A DNA stretch of 64,000 nucleotides from contig OZ241865.1 of assembly GCA_965203275.1 (NCBI GenBank), positions 2,016,001 through 2,080,000 on the forward strand, in the 5' to 3' direction. Made by a program: the position numbers and the translations under genes. This document shows positions 50,309 through 60,632 of the stretch, piece after piece; position 1 is the first letter of the stretch; each line of letters opens with the position of its first letter. The DNA is from Bdellovibrionales bacterium. GTDB lineage: Bacteria; Bdellovibrionota; Bdellovibrionia; Bdellovibrionales; JAUICD01. Under the pieces are notes generated by a model, which was given only the letters and a program-made list of their open reading frames with translations, searched no databases and was not told the origin of the DNA.

Positions 50309-51336
50309 GTTTCACTCAAAGTGAACTGACCTCTGGTCACTTTCTGGTTGCCAGCCGAAGGCTACCGCCTTCTCAAATGCTGGCAACCTAGAAAGCCTGT
50401 TCACTTTGAGTAGGGAGGATCTCATCGTTTCTTAACAAGATGTTAAGGAAACAGTTCCTTCTGATGCCGGGTTGCCAGATCTCGGATCCCGGATCCCGGA
50501 TCCCAGATCCCAGAAGAAGGATCTCCTTGTCTTTTAACACCATGTTAAGGAAAAAGTCAATTCTAGGACCTGATGCTGGGTTGCCAGATCCCGGATCCCA
50601 GAAGAAGGATCTCCTTGTCTTATAACACCATGTTAAGGGTTTGTTTCACTCAAAATGCATCATGCCTCTGGCATGTTTTTGGGCAATGACCGCAAAGGCT
50701 TTCGCCTTTGACAAAATGGTCATTGCCTCAAAAATCTATGCATTTTGAGTAGGGCGGATCTTCTTGCTTCTTTACACCATGTTAAGGAAAAAGTCATTTC
50801 TAGGACCTGATGCCGGGTTGCCATATCCCGGATCCCGGATCCCGGATCCCAGATCCCGGATCCCGGATCCCAGAAGAAGGATCTCCTTGTCTTTTAACAC
50901 CATGTTAAGGGTTTGTTTCACTCAAAATGCATCATGCCTCTGGCATGTTTTTGGGCAATGACCGCAAAGGCTTTCGCCATTGACAAAATGGTCATTGCCT
51001 CAAAAATCTATGCATTTTGAGTAGGGCGGATCTTCTTGCTTCTTTACACCATGTTAAGGAAACAAGATATGCCTCTAAAATATTTTTGGGGAGCAAGCGG
51101 GCTTACAAATGAAACTCTGTTTCCTTAACATCGTGTAAAGAGACAAGAGGATTCTTCCTACTAAAAATAAACGGATTTTTGAGGCAATCAGCCTTTGATC
51201 GACGGCGAGAGCCGTCGGGCTGATTGCCCAAAAACAGCCAGAGGCTGGTTTATTTTTAGTGAAAAAGATAAGAAGGCGATAGCCTTCGGCTGGCAACCAG
51301 AAAGTAGCCAGAGGCTAGACCACTTTTAGTGAGACA
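50309..51336. repeat. Cluster of family A elements and GGATCCC-heptamer bodies with internal duplication
   Basis: Family A copies at ~50310, ~50645, ~50916 and ~51120; (CC[G/A]GATC)n runs at ~50475-50510 and ~50828-50870. Confidence 0.9.
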
Positions 51337-51413
51337 AAAGAAGCATATCTTTTTTACAAACATGTTCTTTTTACTTGCTATAAAGAAGTAAATCCTATAA
51401 TATGGCTTTCCTT

Positions 51414-52205
51414 ATGATTAAAAAATATCTTTTATGCTTATTTTTTATTATTTTACTTACTGCAAGTGATTCTCTATGGGCTTGTGCTAAAAGCCTTATG
51501 CCACAAAATCAAAAAATTATTAAAGTGGCCTTCAGTGAGAGTGAATTATTGGAGCTTAATAATGCATTACTGAATGCTGCTAAAGATGGCTACCCTACAC
51601 TTGTAAAGCTATTGCTAGATGCCGGGGCTAATGTCAATCATCAAGACAAAGATGGCCAGACGGCTTTAACAAAGGCAACTAGTGGTCTAATAGGGGCAGT
51701 TAGTGGTGTATATTCCCCTGTTATGTTAAATATTGTAAGGATGTTGCTAGCAGCCAGAGCGAATCCAAATATTCAAGACAAATATGGCACAACACCTTTA
51801 ATATTTGCTGTTAAGTATGAGAATATTGAGCTTGTAAAGCTATTGCTAGATGCCGGGGCTAATGTCAATCATCAAAACAAAGATGGCGATACGGCTTTAA
51901 TAATGGCTAGTGGTGATGAGTTTTGGAACTATCTATGCAGGCGTACTTCCTCATATATTATGGCAGATATTATAAAGCTATTGCTAGCAAAAGGAGCTAA
52001 CCCTAACTTTCAAAATCATCTTGGAATGACGGCTTTAATGTCGGCCAGTAGTAATGGCCATACTGAGATTGTAAGATTATTGCTAACGGCTGGAGCTAAC
52101 GTCAACCTTCAAAATCATCTTGGATGGACAGCTTTAAATATGGCTAGAGATTGTGACCATACTGAGATTGTAGGACTATTAAAAGGGGCTGGTGCTACAG
52201 GATAA
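51414..52205 (+). CDS. Exported ankyrin-repeat protein with WAC leader
   Basis: Signal ending ASDSLWACAKSL; about 6 ankyrin repeats; alternative start at 51402. Confidence 0.9.
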   Translation: MIKKYLLCLFFIILLTASDSLWACAKSLMPQNQKIIKVAFSESELLELNNALLNAAKDGYPTLVKLLLDAGANVNHQDKDGQTALTKATSGLIGAVSGVYSPVMLNIVRMLLAARANPNIQDKYGTTPLIFAVKYENIELVKLLLDAGANVNHQNKDGDTALIMASGDEFWNYLCRRTSSYIMADIIKLLLAKGANPNFQNHLGMTALMSASSNGHTEIVRLLLTAGANVNLQNHLGWTALNMARDCDHTEIVGLLKGAGATG

Positions 52206-52658
52206 GACCAATGAAGCAAGATACTTGGATTATAATAGAGAATAAAAAATGAATTATATTCCTTAGAGTATAGGATGCCTTGACGGTCGCTTGATCATTG
52301 ATCATCCTCACTTATATAATGGTCTTAAATTATATAAATCCTGTAAAGCTTAACTCAAACAATCCTGCCGGCTGTAATGTAGAAAGAGATTTTTTAAAAA
52401 AGTGCAACACTTTTCAGACCTCCTTAACAATTGTTATGTTAAGGTAAATGCCTGTTAAATCAAAAACAGCACAAGTTGATCAAAAATTCGCCTCTGTCTT
52501 AAAATCATTAGACAAAGAAGCTATCTTAGAAAACTATAACTAAAGAAATCAATGCACTTAGTTAATTGAAACTCGCATCATGGGCAAGTGGTATGGAGAA
52601 TCAATAAAAGAATAGCCAATCAGAATAGCAGGGTTAAGAAATAAGATTAGGTTAGGCA

Positions 52659-52922
52659 TTAACCGGAAGGTTGTTTTGATAATAGTTCAAATATCTTATC
52701 AAGACGTTGATTGATTCTGTTTACATTGTCATCAATCTTCCTATCTAATGCCTTAATGTTGTTATCAACCTTCTGATCTAGTGCCTTGATGTCGTCTTTT
52801 ATTTCTTTAATTTGCGAAGGTATATGATTGCATACTTGATAAAGCAAATAACAAATTAAAATAAAGGTTAATGCAGGGTTATATGCTAAGAAAATAGTAT
52901 ATAGCCATTCTAAATTTCCCAT
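52659..52922 (-). CDS. Small TM + coiled-coil protein
   Basis: AAGGAAGG SD; hydrophobic N-terminus; 11-aa repeats IKALDQKVDNN/IKALDRKIDDN. Confidence 0.65.
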   Translation of the reverse strand: MGNLEWLYTIFLAYNPALTFILICYLLYQVCNHIPSQIKEIKDDIKALDQKVDNNIKALDRKIDDNVNRINQRLDKIFELLSKQPSG

Positions 52923-53118
52923 TGTAGTTCCTTCCTTCTATATCATTATACCATTTATCAGGTTTTTGTCAAAAGAGGAGGATTGCAATCATAAAAAGTA
53001 GCCTGAAACCCACTTTTCACCGCTCCAAAATATAATTTATTTACTGAAATGACAACAGTATTACCATTGACCTATTGCCATAGAACACTATTGCTAGAAA
53101 CCTTTTTAACCATAGGGA

Positions 53119-53712
53119 CTAGCAGTAACCTATGCTAAAACATCTTGCTTGATTATAACGATAAAAACTTCCAAAATTCTCCTTTCTAATCAAGTACCTG
53201 ATCTCTTGAAAGGTGCGATAAGTGCCAAAGTATTGACCATTATCAGAGAGTACAGTATTGCCATCGATCCGAGCCTTGCCAGCGACAGTAACATTGCCAC
53301 CGACCCTAGCATTGCCACGGACTCGAGCCTTGCCAGCGACCACAGCATCACCATCGACCCTAGAATTACCAGAGACCATAGCCCTGCTAAATATCCTAGC
53401 TTCGCCACGAACAGTAGCATTTTCAAAAACCATAGCCTCGCCATAGACTTGAGCATAGTCAGCGACCATAGCCTCACCAGAGACTATAGCAAAGTCACCG
53501 ATCTCAGCATTGTCAGAGACCTGAGCATAATCGCAAACAGCGGCATTCGGTCCTATGAAAGCTGTACTTTCTACAAAAGCTGTATTTGCTACAAACCCAC
53601 CACCACGATGTATATAGCCTTCAACACCTTCACCGCAAGGTGTGTTTGCTAAAGCAAATACATTCAATGACATACTCAATAAAAATACCATTATTACATT
53701 TATAAATTTCAT
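53119..53712 (-). CDS. Exported hexapeptide-repeat (left-handed beta-helix) protein
   Basis: AGGAGG SD before ATG 53712; signal peptide; A-x-V-x-G-x hexapeptide repeats. Confidence 0.78.
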   Translation of the reverse strand: MKFINVIMVFLLSMSLNVFALANTPCGEGVEGYIHRGGGFVANTAFVESTAFIGPNAAVCDYAQVSDNAEIGDFAIVSGEAMVADYAQVYGEAMVFENATVRGEARIFSRAMVSGNSRVDGDAVVAGKARVRGNARVGGNVTVAGKARIDGNTVLSDNGQYFGTYRTFQEIRYLIRKENFGSFYRYNQARCFSIGYC

Positions 53713-54045
53713 AAATCCTCCTTCTCGTTTCTTTCTCATAATTTTCATAAGGTTTATGCATAAAACCATAAAATAATTTATAGAGCATATACCTATTAAT
53801 ATTCCCTGTCAATATACATCTAATAAAATCTACTTATACTTTTAAGAAAGTCTACTTATAGGTCAATCCCATAAGACCTATATTCCACATTGGTTTTTAT
53901 TTTCAGAATGCCACACTTTTTAAGGCTTTTTGATGTTTGTTTATTCCAGTAACAAAGTGATATTTTGTTAAAAAACAAATGGTTTAGTGAATTAATAAAT
54001 TAACTGGAGCGACTAAAGATATCTTAAGTTTTTTGCTTTAATATC

Positions 54046-54888
54046 TTATTTTCTTGATATGCGTAATAAAGTTTGTCTTGCCTTGTTCAGCTTATGAAAA
54101 AAATCCTTCCTTAGTGGAGAACCACTATTGACAATATCTAAAAAAAAGTAGCTAGACTCATTAGGATCAACAGTCATCATATCTAAAACTGCTAAAAAGA
54201 AATGCTCTTCTGTAACGAAAAAAGTTTCATCATCTAAATCATGCATCTTCATACCAATTTCTTTTTCTTTCTCTGCAATAGCTTTTTTCCATAAAGCATT
54301 TACACTTACATCATACGGAATTTTAGGTACAGAATGCATATCCCCTCCTAAATCAAGAGTAAGGAAACCATTAAGCCTCCACTCCCACTCAACAAATGGG
54401 ACGGTGGAACTATTCCAAACATTTAGCTGATCTGACAAGAATGTTTGAATGCGACAGCTCTCCATGCAACTCATATTAAAAAACGGAACATTTGACTGAG
54501 CTAAAAGGAATGTAATGAGTTCATTTAAAATATCTAATTTTTCGAAAGTAATAAATAAAGTATTAACATTGAAAACAAGAGTATTGTCTATAAGATCTAT
54601 ATGATTCAAGTCCTTGATCTCTTTGTATGGAGATAAAACTCTTGTTAAATTTGCCAGAATAACATGATACGCAGTCACTTTTTGAGACCCAGAAGCATGA
54701 GCTATTAATGAAGCTATAGATAACATATTTTTAGAGCCAGGGAAAAAGACAATTTTATCACTTAATTTCCCTCCTCCAGTTTTCCCTCCTCCATGTTGAT
54801 TTTGCGTAAGGCTATCAGCACAAGCCCATAGAAAATCATTGGCAACAAACAAAACAATAAATAAGGTAAAAATACATTTTTTCATCAT
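54046..54888 (-). CDS. Exported protein with WAC leader and Clp N-terminal-domain-like motifs
   Basis: ANDFLWACADSL; ASLIAHASGSQKVTAYHVILA and VTEEHFFLAVL resemble the two Clp_N repeats. Confidence 0.6.
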   Translation of the reverse strand: MMKKCIFTLFIVLFVANDFLWACADSLTQNQHGGGKTGGGKLSDKIVFFPGSKNMLSIASLIAHASGSQKVTAYHVILANLTRVLSPYKEIKDLNHIDLIDNTLVFNVNTLFITFEKLDILNELITFLLAQSNVPFFNMSCMESCRIQTFLSDQLNVWNSSTVPFVEWEWRLNGFLTLDLGGDMHSVPKIPYDVSVNALWKKAIAEKEKEIGMKMHDLDDETFFVTEEHFFLAVLDMMTVDPNESSYFFLDIVNSGSPLRKDFFHKLNKARQTLLRISRK

Positions 54889-54972
54889 TTGTATCTTTCT
54901 TTGTTAAACTATGTTAAAGAAATACTGAAATTTTTTAACTTTATTTTTGCAGGCTATCAAGCTCGGGATTTT

Positions 54973-55815
54973 TTAATGTCTTATCTTTGTTTTTTTCATT
55001 TCCTCCCTACCACGACGATAGAGTCTAATCTTATGAGCAAGATCATTTATTATTCTTAATCTAACAAAATGCAGTTCATCTTCACCATCTGTCATTTCAA
55101 GAGAAAGTTCCTTTATTACCTTTATTATTGTGGAATGCATGAAAATATTTGCCAAATCTCTACCTCTCATATCCAAAAAAAGCTCTGATATAAAATGACG
55201 AATATTAGGCGAATGACTTAAATGAGCTAAAAAGAAATGCTCTTCAGATATAGGAATGGGATTAAAAGTTATTTGATCTGTAGGAAATCTATACTTATCA
55301 GTCCATCTATATATGACCTCTTTCTCAGTCTCATTAGCAACTAGCTCAAATAAAGCAATTGCAACTTCATCATAAGGAAGGGTAGGTATAAAATCTAGAT
55401 CTCCTAAATAGAGAATAAGCAAATCATTTTTCAACTCAAATGAAACAGAATCACGGAGTTGAACATCTAACTGACTTAAAAGAAATTCCTGGATTGGTTT
55501 TAAAATTTTCAGTTTTTTCAAAATAATACTTAAAGTATTAAGAGGAGACTCATGATCTGTCACATTCAAGCGATTGATCCCTTTGTCTGAAGACGAAACA
55601 GTTGTCAAAGTTGCCAGAATAATATGTTTTGCACTCACTGTTTGAGACTGAGAAGCATAAGCTATTAATGAAGCTCTAGATAGCATATCACGAGAACTAG
55701 AAGTAAGATCTCTGAGTATAGGTTGTCGCATCATAAGACTATCAGCACAAGCCCATAGAGAACCATCAGTCAGAAAAAACACAGTAAAAAATAAGATTAA
55801 GAGATACTTTCTCAT
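54973..55815 (-). CDS. Exported protein with WAC leader and Clp N-terminal-domain-like motifs (paralogue)
   Basis: TDGSLWACADSL; ASLIAYASQSQTVSAKHIILA and ISEEHFFLAHL. Confidence 0.6.
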   Translation of the reverse strand: MRKYLLILFFTVFFLTDGSLWACADSLMMRQPILRDLTSSSRDMLSRASLIAYASQSQTVSAKHIILATLTTVSSSDKGINRLNVTDHESPLNTLSIILKKLKILKPIQEFLLSQLDVQLRDSVSFELKNDLLILYLGDLDFIPTLPYDEVAIALFELVANETEKEVIYRWTDKYRFPTDQITFNPIPISEEHFFLAHLSHSPNIRHFISELFLDMRGRDLANIFMHSTIIKVIKELSLEMTDGEDELHFVRLRIINDLAHKIRLYRRGREEMKKTKIRH

Positions 55816-56014
55816 ACATAACCTACTAACATATATTTAATGAAAGAGCAACCAATTTTTGTTAGGCTCTTTCACAAAAACACATTACACAGTGACTCAG
55901 TGCATTATTTCTTTTGTTAAGACACTTGATTGCTCTTTTCTTACCAGTTATGATAGCTTATCTTAAAAAAAATGAGCGTACTAAACTACAACTTACACAT
56001 ACTTAATCTAAGCT

Positions 56015-56962
56015 ATGATTGAAGTTCAAAATCTAACCAAAAAATATGGGCATAATACAGCGATTGATCATCTCAACTTTTCTGTAGAGAAAGGAGCTAT
56101 TGTAGGCTTTTTAGGTCCCAATGGAGCTGGTAAGTCTACAACCATGAAGATCATTACAGGCCTCATGTCCCCTACAGAAGGTTCTGTAAAGGTAGGCGGG
56201 GACGATGTTTTTGAATGTCCTATTAAAGTTAAAAAAAAAATTGGCTATTTACCTGAAAACCCTCCTCTCTATAAAGATATGTATGTGAGAGATTATCTCA
56301 ACTATGTTGCACAGCTTAAGCAAGTACCCAAAAAGCAAATCAAAGAGCGTGTAGATGATGTCCTTGAAAAGGTCAATATTAAAGATCAACAAAAAAGACT
56401 CATTAATAACTTATCCAAGGGTTTTAAGCAAAGGGTAGGCTTAGCACAAGCTCTTGTTTCAGACCCGGAGCTTCTTGTGTTAGATGAACCTACTGTAGGA
56501 TTAGACCCTAATCAAGTTTTTGAAATTCGATCTTTGATTCTTTCTCTTAAAAAATCAAAACACACAGTATTGCTCTCAACCCATATCTTGTCTGAAGCTC
56601 AAGCAATATGCCAAAAAATTATTATTATCAATGAGGGTCAAATTATTGCCAAAGACACATTAGAAGCTCTCAACGCTAAAGTATCTGGTCAAGGTCATAG
56701 ACAGTTGCATATTCAAGTCAGGCGACCAGGTGACACCTTAGAAACAAAACTACGCAAATTAAAAGAAGTCAAATCTGTTACAAGCCCCATAACAACAGGT
56801 TCTATAAAAGGAACATATATTTTAAATTTGGCTTTAGATGACGATGATACACAAGAAGCTGTCATTGCTCAAATAGCTAAACTTGATGTAGGATTGATGG
56901 CATGCCATACAATTTCTAAGTCGTTAGAAGATATATTTATTCAATTAACAAAAGAGCATTGA
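56015..56962 (+). CDS. ABC transporter ATPase (GldA-like)
   Basis: GPNGAGKST; LSKGFKQRVGLAQA; LDEPTVGLDP. Confidence 0.9.
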   Translation: MIEVQNLTKKYGHNTAIDHLNFSVEKGAIVGFLGPNGAGKSTTMKIITGLMSPTEGSVKVGGDDVFECPIKVKKKIGYLPENPPLYKDMYVRDYLNYVAQLKQVPKKQIKERVDDVLEKVNIKDQQKRLINNLSKGFKQRVGLAQALVSDPELLVLDEPTVGLDPNQVFEIRSLILSLKKSKHTVLLSTHILSEAQAICQKIIIINEGQIIAKDTLEALNAKVSGQGHRQLHIQVRRPGDTLETKLRKLKEVKSVTSPITTGSIKGTYILNLALDDDDTQEAVIAQIAKLDVGLMACHTISKSLEDIFIQLTKEH

Positions 56963-57759
56963 TTTTGGAGGTTGGTAAGGTGTTTCGTTCTGCTTGTGTG
57001 ATTTGCCAAAAAGAATTCAAAGGATTCCTTTTTAGCCCAGGTTATTTTATCACAATGTGCGTGTTTCTAGTGGTTGCTTGCTTTGTTTATTTGGTTTCTT
57101 TCCATGGTTTTATAGATGCTTTACAGCGATCACCAATGAATCCTTTTGGTGGTGGACCTATGAACTTTCACAATGCAGTGGTTTTTTCTTATATTAACTT
57201 CATTAATCTTTTGTTGATATTTTTAACCCCTGTCATTATTGCTCGTATCATATCAGAAGACAAAAAACTTTATTCTTTTGATCTTTTAATGACAAGTCCT
57301 CTTAATTCTGTAACAATTATCTCTGGTAAATTTCTAGGTGGTCTTTCTGCTATTTGGCTTATTGTGTTTATTGCCATGTTATACCCCTTAAGTGCTAGTT
57401 TCTTTTTTGATATTCAGTGGGGTAAGTTTGCTTCTGCCTTTTTTGGACTATTCTTAATTGCAGCTATTTACACATCGGCAGCTTTCTTCTGTTCTAGCTT
57501 TACAGATTCTTTTGCCGTAGCGATTATATCAGGCTTTATTCTTAATATTAGTTTCTTAATTATCTCAGCCCTCTCTACATTTTATACAGAAAATCAAAAT
57601 TTAGTTGAAGTGTTAGAGTACATTTCTCTTAGCGGACATATCAGTCGATTCACAGAGGGTAACCTAGAATTATCAAGTGTTGTTTTTTGTGTTTCTATGA
57701 TATTGTTCTTTTGCTTTTTAAGCGAACGGATCATAGAATCTTCGAGATGGAGAGGATGA
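56959..57759 (+). CDS. ABC-2 permease (GldF-like)
   Basis: Six TM segments; ISEDKK...DLLMTSP...IISGKF. Confidence 0.85.
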   Translation: MILEVGKVFRSACVICQKEFKGFLFSPGYFITMCVFLVVACFVYLVSFHGFIDALQRSPMNPFGGGPMNFHNAVVFSYINFINLLLIFLTPVIIARIISEDKKLYSFDLLMTSPLNSVTIISGKFLGGLSAIWLIVFIAMLYPLSASFFFDIQWGKFASAFFGLFLIAAIYTSAAFFCSSFTDSFAVAIISGFILNISFLIISALSTFYTENQNLVEVLEYISLSGHISRFTEGNLELSSVVFCVSMILFFCFLSERIIESSRWRG

Positions 57760-57892
57760 CAATGACTTACAAACAAAAGAATAAAGCCATTATGATATTG
57801 TTAAAAATGCAGAGCCTTCCGACTCAAAGTAAAGATTCAAGGTGAAGGTTCAAACTCAAAGTAAAAACTTAAACAAAAAAAGTGAGTTTTAG

Positions 57893-59518
57893 ATGACCAA
57901 AATAAGTAAATTTCTTTTAGTATTAGCAATTATTTCTTTGATTGTATTCTTATTGATACGATTCCTTTTCTATATACTAACACCTGTTTATTATACACCA
58001 CTATTGATCACAGTACTGTGTTTAATAGGTACTCTGGTTTTAGATTTTCAGTTTTATAAAGAATTTTTGTTTCTAAAGACCACTCGATATGGTTTTAATA
58101 TGGGAACTGTCATTTTGTTATGTTTAGTTCTAATGGTCTCAGTCAATTATATTACTTTTAAAATGGGTAAAAGATGGAATCTGCAATGGGATTTAACAGA
58201 AGAAAAACTATTTACTTTATCAGATCAAACAACTGAAGTTTTATCTCATTTAGAAGGTCCTTTGATCTTTAAAGGCTTTTTTGTACAAGGAAATCAAAAC
58301 CATGATATGCAAAAAAATCGTTTTAGGGATATACTACGTAGATACCGTCAAGCCTCTAGTAATGTGGAGGAGTCTTATATAAACCCTCACCTTGAACCTG
58401 CTCAAGCTCAAGAATACAACATAGATGAGACGGGTGGGCTTGTTGTGGAATACCAAGGGCAAAGAACAAAAATAAACGCTCCTTTAGAAGAAGATATCAC
58501 TAATGCCATCATTAAAGTAACTCGTCGTCAGCAAAAAAACTTATACTTTTTAAAAAATCATGGAGAGATTGATCTCAATACAAGCGAAGAACGTGGAGGA
58601 AGTTCCTTAAGACAGGAATTAACCTCAGCAAGTTATAATGTGCATGCATTAGACGCTCTATCTCATCAAGGCAAGATACCTGAAAATGCCGATGTGCTTT
58701 TTATTTTAGGGCCTAAAACACCTTTTTTAGATTTTGAAGTGCAAATGATAGAGGAATATCTCAAACAAGGAGGAAGACTTTTGTTAGCTTTAGATCCAGG
58801 TTTTGAGCATAATTTTGAAAGTCTTTTAACTCAAATGGGTGTGAAGTTTCGAGGTGATTATGTGATTGATCAAACCTCTGTTTTGTTAAGAGAGGTTCCT
58901 CTCACTGCATTGGGTGTATCATATTCTACTATAAGTCCTATTACTGAAAAGTTTCCTTCAGCTATGACTCTGTTTTTTATGTCTTCTGGATGGGATAGAC
59001 TGGATACAACCAGTGAATCAATGAAGCAAGAAGATATTGTCAAGACAAGTGGTGTGAGTGTTGCAACGGAAAAACTTGAAAGAGAGGCAACAGTCACTGC
59101 TAAAGGACCTTTTACTTTAGTCAAATCAATTAAAGGGTCTTTTGCAGAAGAAGACAATGTGGCATCTACAACGGACGATGCAGAAGGGAAAAATCCATCA
59201 GAGGAAGAAAACACAAAAGCAGATATAACTGAAGATGAAGAAAGCAATGAATTTCATGCCGTTTTGTATGGAGACAGTGATATTTTTACAAACTCTCGCA
59301 TTTTTCAACAATTAAACAGAGATTTGGTTTTAAATACAGTAGCTGCTTTAGCAGCAGATGCAGACCTCATCAGCATTCGACCTAAGTCCCCTAATCAAAC
59401 AGATTTTAAAGGGATTGGTCGAACAGCTTATAGAATTTTCTTTATTTCTGCGATTGTCATTCCTCTACTCTGCTTTATTCTAGGTATTATTTTATATTAT
59501 AGGAGAAAAAACGCTTAA
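57893..59518 (+). CDS. GldG-like ABC auxiliary component
   Basis: WDLTEEKLFTLSDQT; YFLKNHGE; GDSDIF; terminal TM. Confidence 0.85.
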   Translation: MTKISKFLLVLAIISLIVFLLIRFLFYILTPVYYTPLLITVLCLIGTLVLDFQFYKEFLFLKTTRYGFNMGTVILLCLVLMVSVNYITFKMGKRWNLQWDLTEEKLFTLSDQTTEVLSHLEGPLIFKGFFVQGNQNHDMQKNRFRDILRRYRQASSNVEESYINPHLEPAQAQEYNIDETGGLVVEYQGQRTKINAPLEEDITNAIIKVTRRQQKNLYFLKNHGEIDLNTSEERGGSSLRQELTSASYNVHALDALSHQGKIPENADVLFILGPKTPFLDFEVQMIEEYLKQGGRLLLALDPGFEHNFESLLTQMGVKFRGDYVIDQTSVLLREVPLTALGVSYSTISPITEKFPSAMTLFFMSSGWDRLDTTSESMKQEDIVKTSGVSVATEKLEREATVTAKGPFTLVKSIKGSFAEEDNVASTTDDAEGKNPSEEENTKADITEDEESNEFHAVLYGDSDIFTNSRIFQQLNRDLVLNTVAALAADADLISIRPKSPNQTDFKGIGRTAYRIFFISAIVIPLLCFILGIILYYRRKNA

Positions 59519-60564
59519 TGAAAAAGCAATTGCCCTTAATTGCCTTTGCTTGCGTAGTTTTAATGATTGCAGCTTATGCATTCCTTGTCGAATTTAAAGG
59601 TGAAGAGCGTAAGATAGAACAAAGTCGTATTTTACCTGTTGAATCTTCTGCTATTCAAAAAATTACCATCTCAAAAAATGGTCAACAAGATATTATTCTA
59701 CAAAAGGAAGTTTCTCCTACAGAAGACAGCTTAGAACAAGAGAGATGGACTGTGGTCAGTCCTTTAGCTGACTTAGCAGATGAGGATATACTTTCTAGTT
59801 TGTTGATGGATTTGACGGAGCAAAAGTCAGATGTTTCTATATCTTCAGAAGATTTAAAAGATTTTGATGAAGACGAATGGATGACAAAGTATGGCTTAGA
59901 CCAGCCTGCAGGGTCTTTTCAAATACTTTTGCAAGATAGCACTTCATTGTCAGTAAAGGTTGGTAGTGTAGAAGGTTTGAATAAAAAAACCTATCTTATA
60001 AAAGAAGGCTTAGAGGATATTTTAATAGGTGATCCCTGGTGGAGAGATCAATTAAATAAAAAAGTCAATGACTTTAGAGATAAGCAAGTTGTTCTTTTTG
60101 ATCATCTTCAAAAAATAATTATCACTCAAAAAGATAACACCAAAAAAAATCTTAAAGAAATGCAATTTATTAAAACAGAAGATATTTGGATGTTAGATGG
60201 CCAGCTAGTTGAAACTGAAAATGTAGAAGATTATTTACAAAAGATTAGAGACCTACGGGTGCAAGAGTTTGTTGCTCAAGATGCTGTTTCTTATGATGAT
60301 TGGATACTAAATATTGTTTTGCAAGAGGAAGGTGATAGTTTAGAGCAGTTTCATAATTTAAAGTTAGCCCCTTTTAAAGGGGAGGATGCTTATATTTTTG
60401 TTTCGCCTAGAAAACTCACCGCTAAGGTTTTAAAGTCTTCTGTAGAAAAGCTTATAGATGGCATTGAGGATTTAGAGGAACTTCCAGAAAAAGAAAGTGC
60501 AGAAGAAAATACAGAAGAAGAAATTGAAGAAGAAGAAAAAGAGAATGAAGAAAGTAAGGATTAA
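59518..60564 (+). CDS. DUF4340-like membrane-anchored protein
   Basis: N-terminal TM; KYGLDQP; DFRDK; usual position after GldG. Confidence 0.75.
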   Translation: MKKQLPLIAFACVVLMIAAYAFLVEFKGEERKIEQSRILPVESSAIQKITISKNGQQDIILQKEVSPTEDSLEQERWTVVSPLADLADEDILSSLLMDLTEQKSDVSISSEDLKDFDEDEWMTKYGLDQPAGSFQILLQDSTSLSVKVGSVEGLNKKTYLIKEGLEDILIGDPWWRDQLNKKVNDFRDKQVVLFDHLQKIIITQKDNTKKNLKEMQFIKTEDIWMLDGQLVETENVEDYLQKIRDLRVQEFVAQDAVSYDDWILNIVLQEEGDSLEQFHNLKLAPFKGEDAYIFVSPRKLTAKVLKSSVEKLIDGIEDLEELPEKESAEENTEEEIEEEEKENEESKD

Positions 60565-60632
60565 AAAACATAACTATAAAACACTATGGAACAAAAACTC
60601 AGATGATTACAGATGTTTTTTAAAGTAAGCTT

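Noticed and set aside
50291..51400. SRP RNA (ffs) upstream of dnaX
   Set aside because: The region is accounted for by repeat families; no SRP domain IV motif seen.
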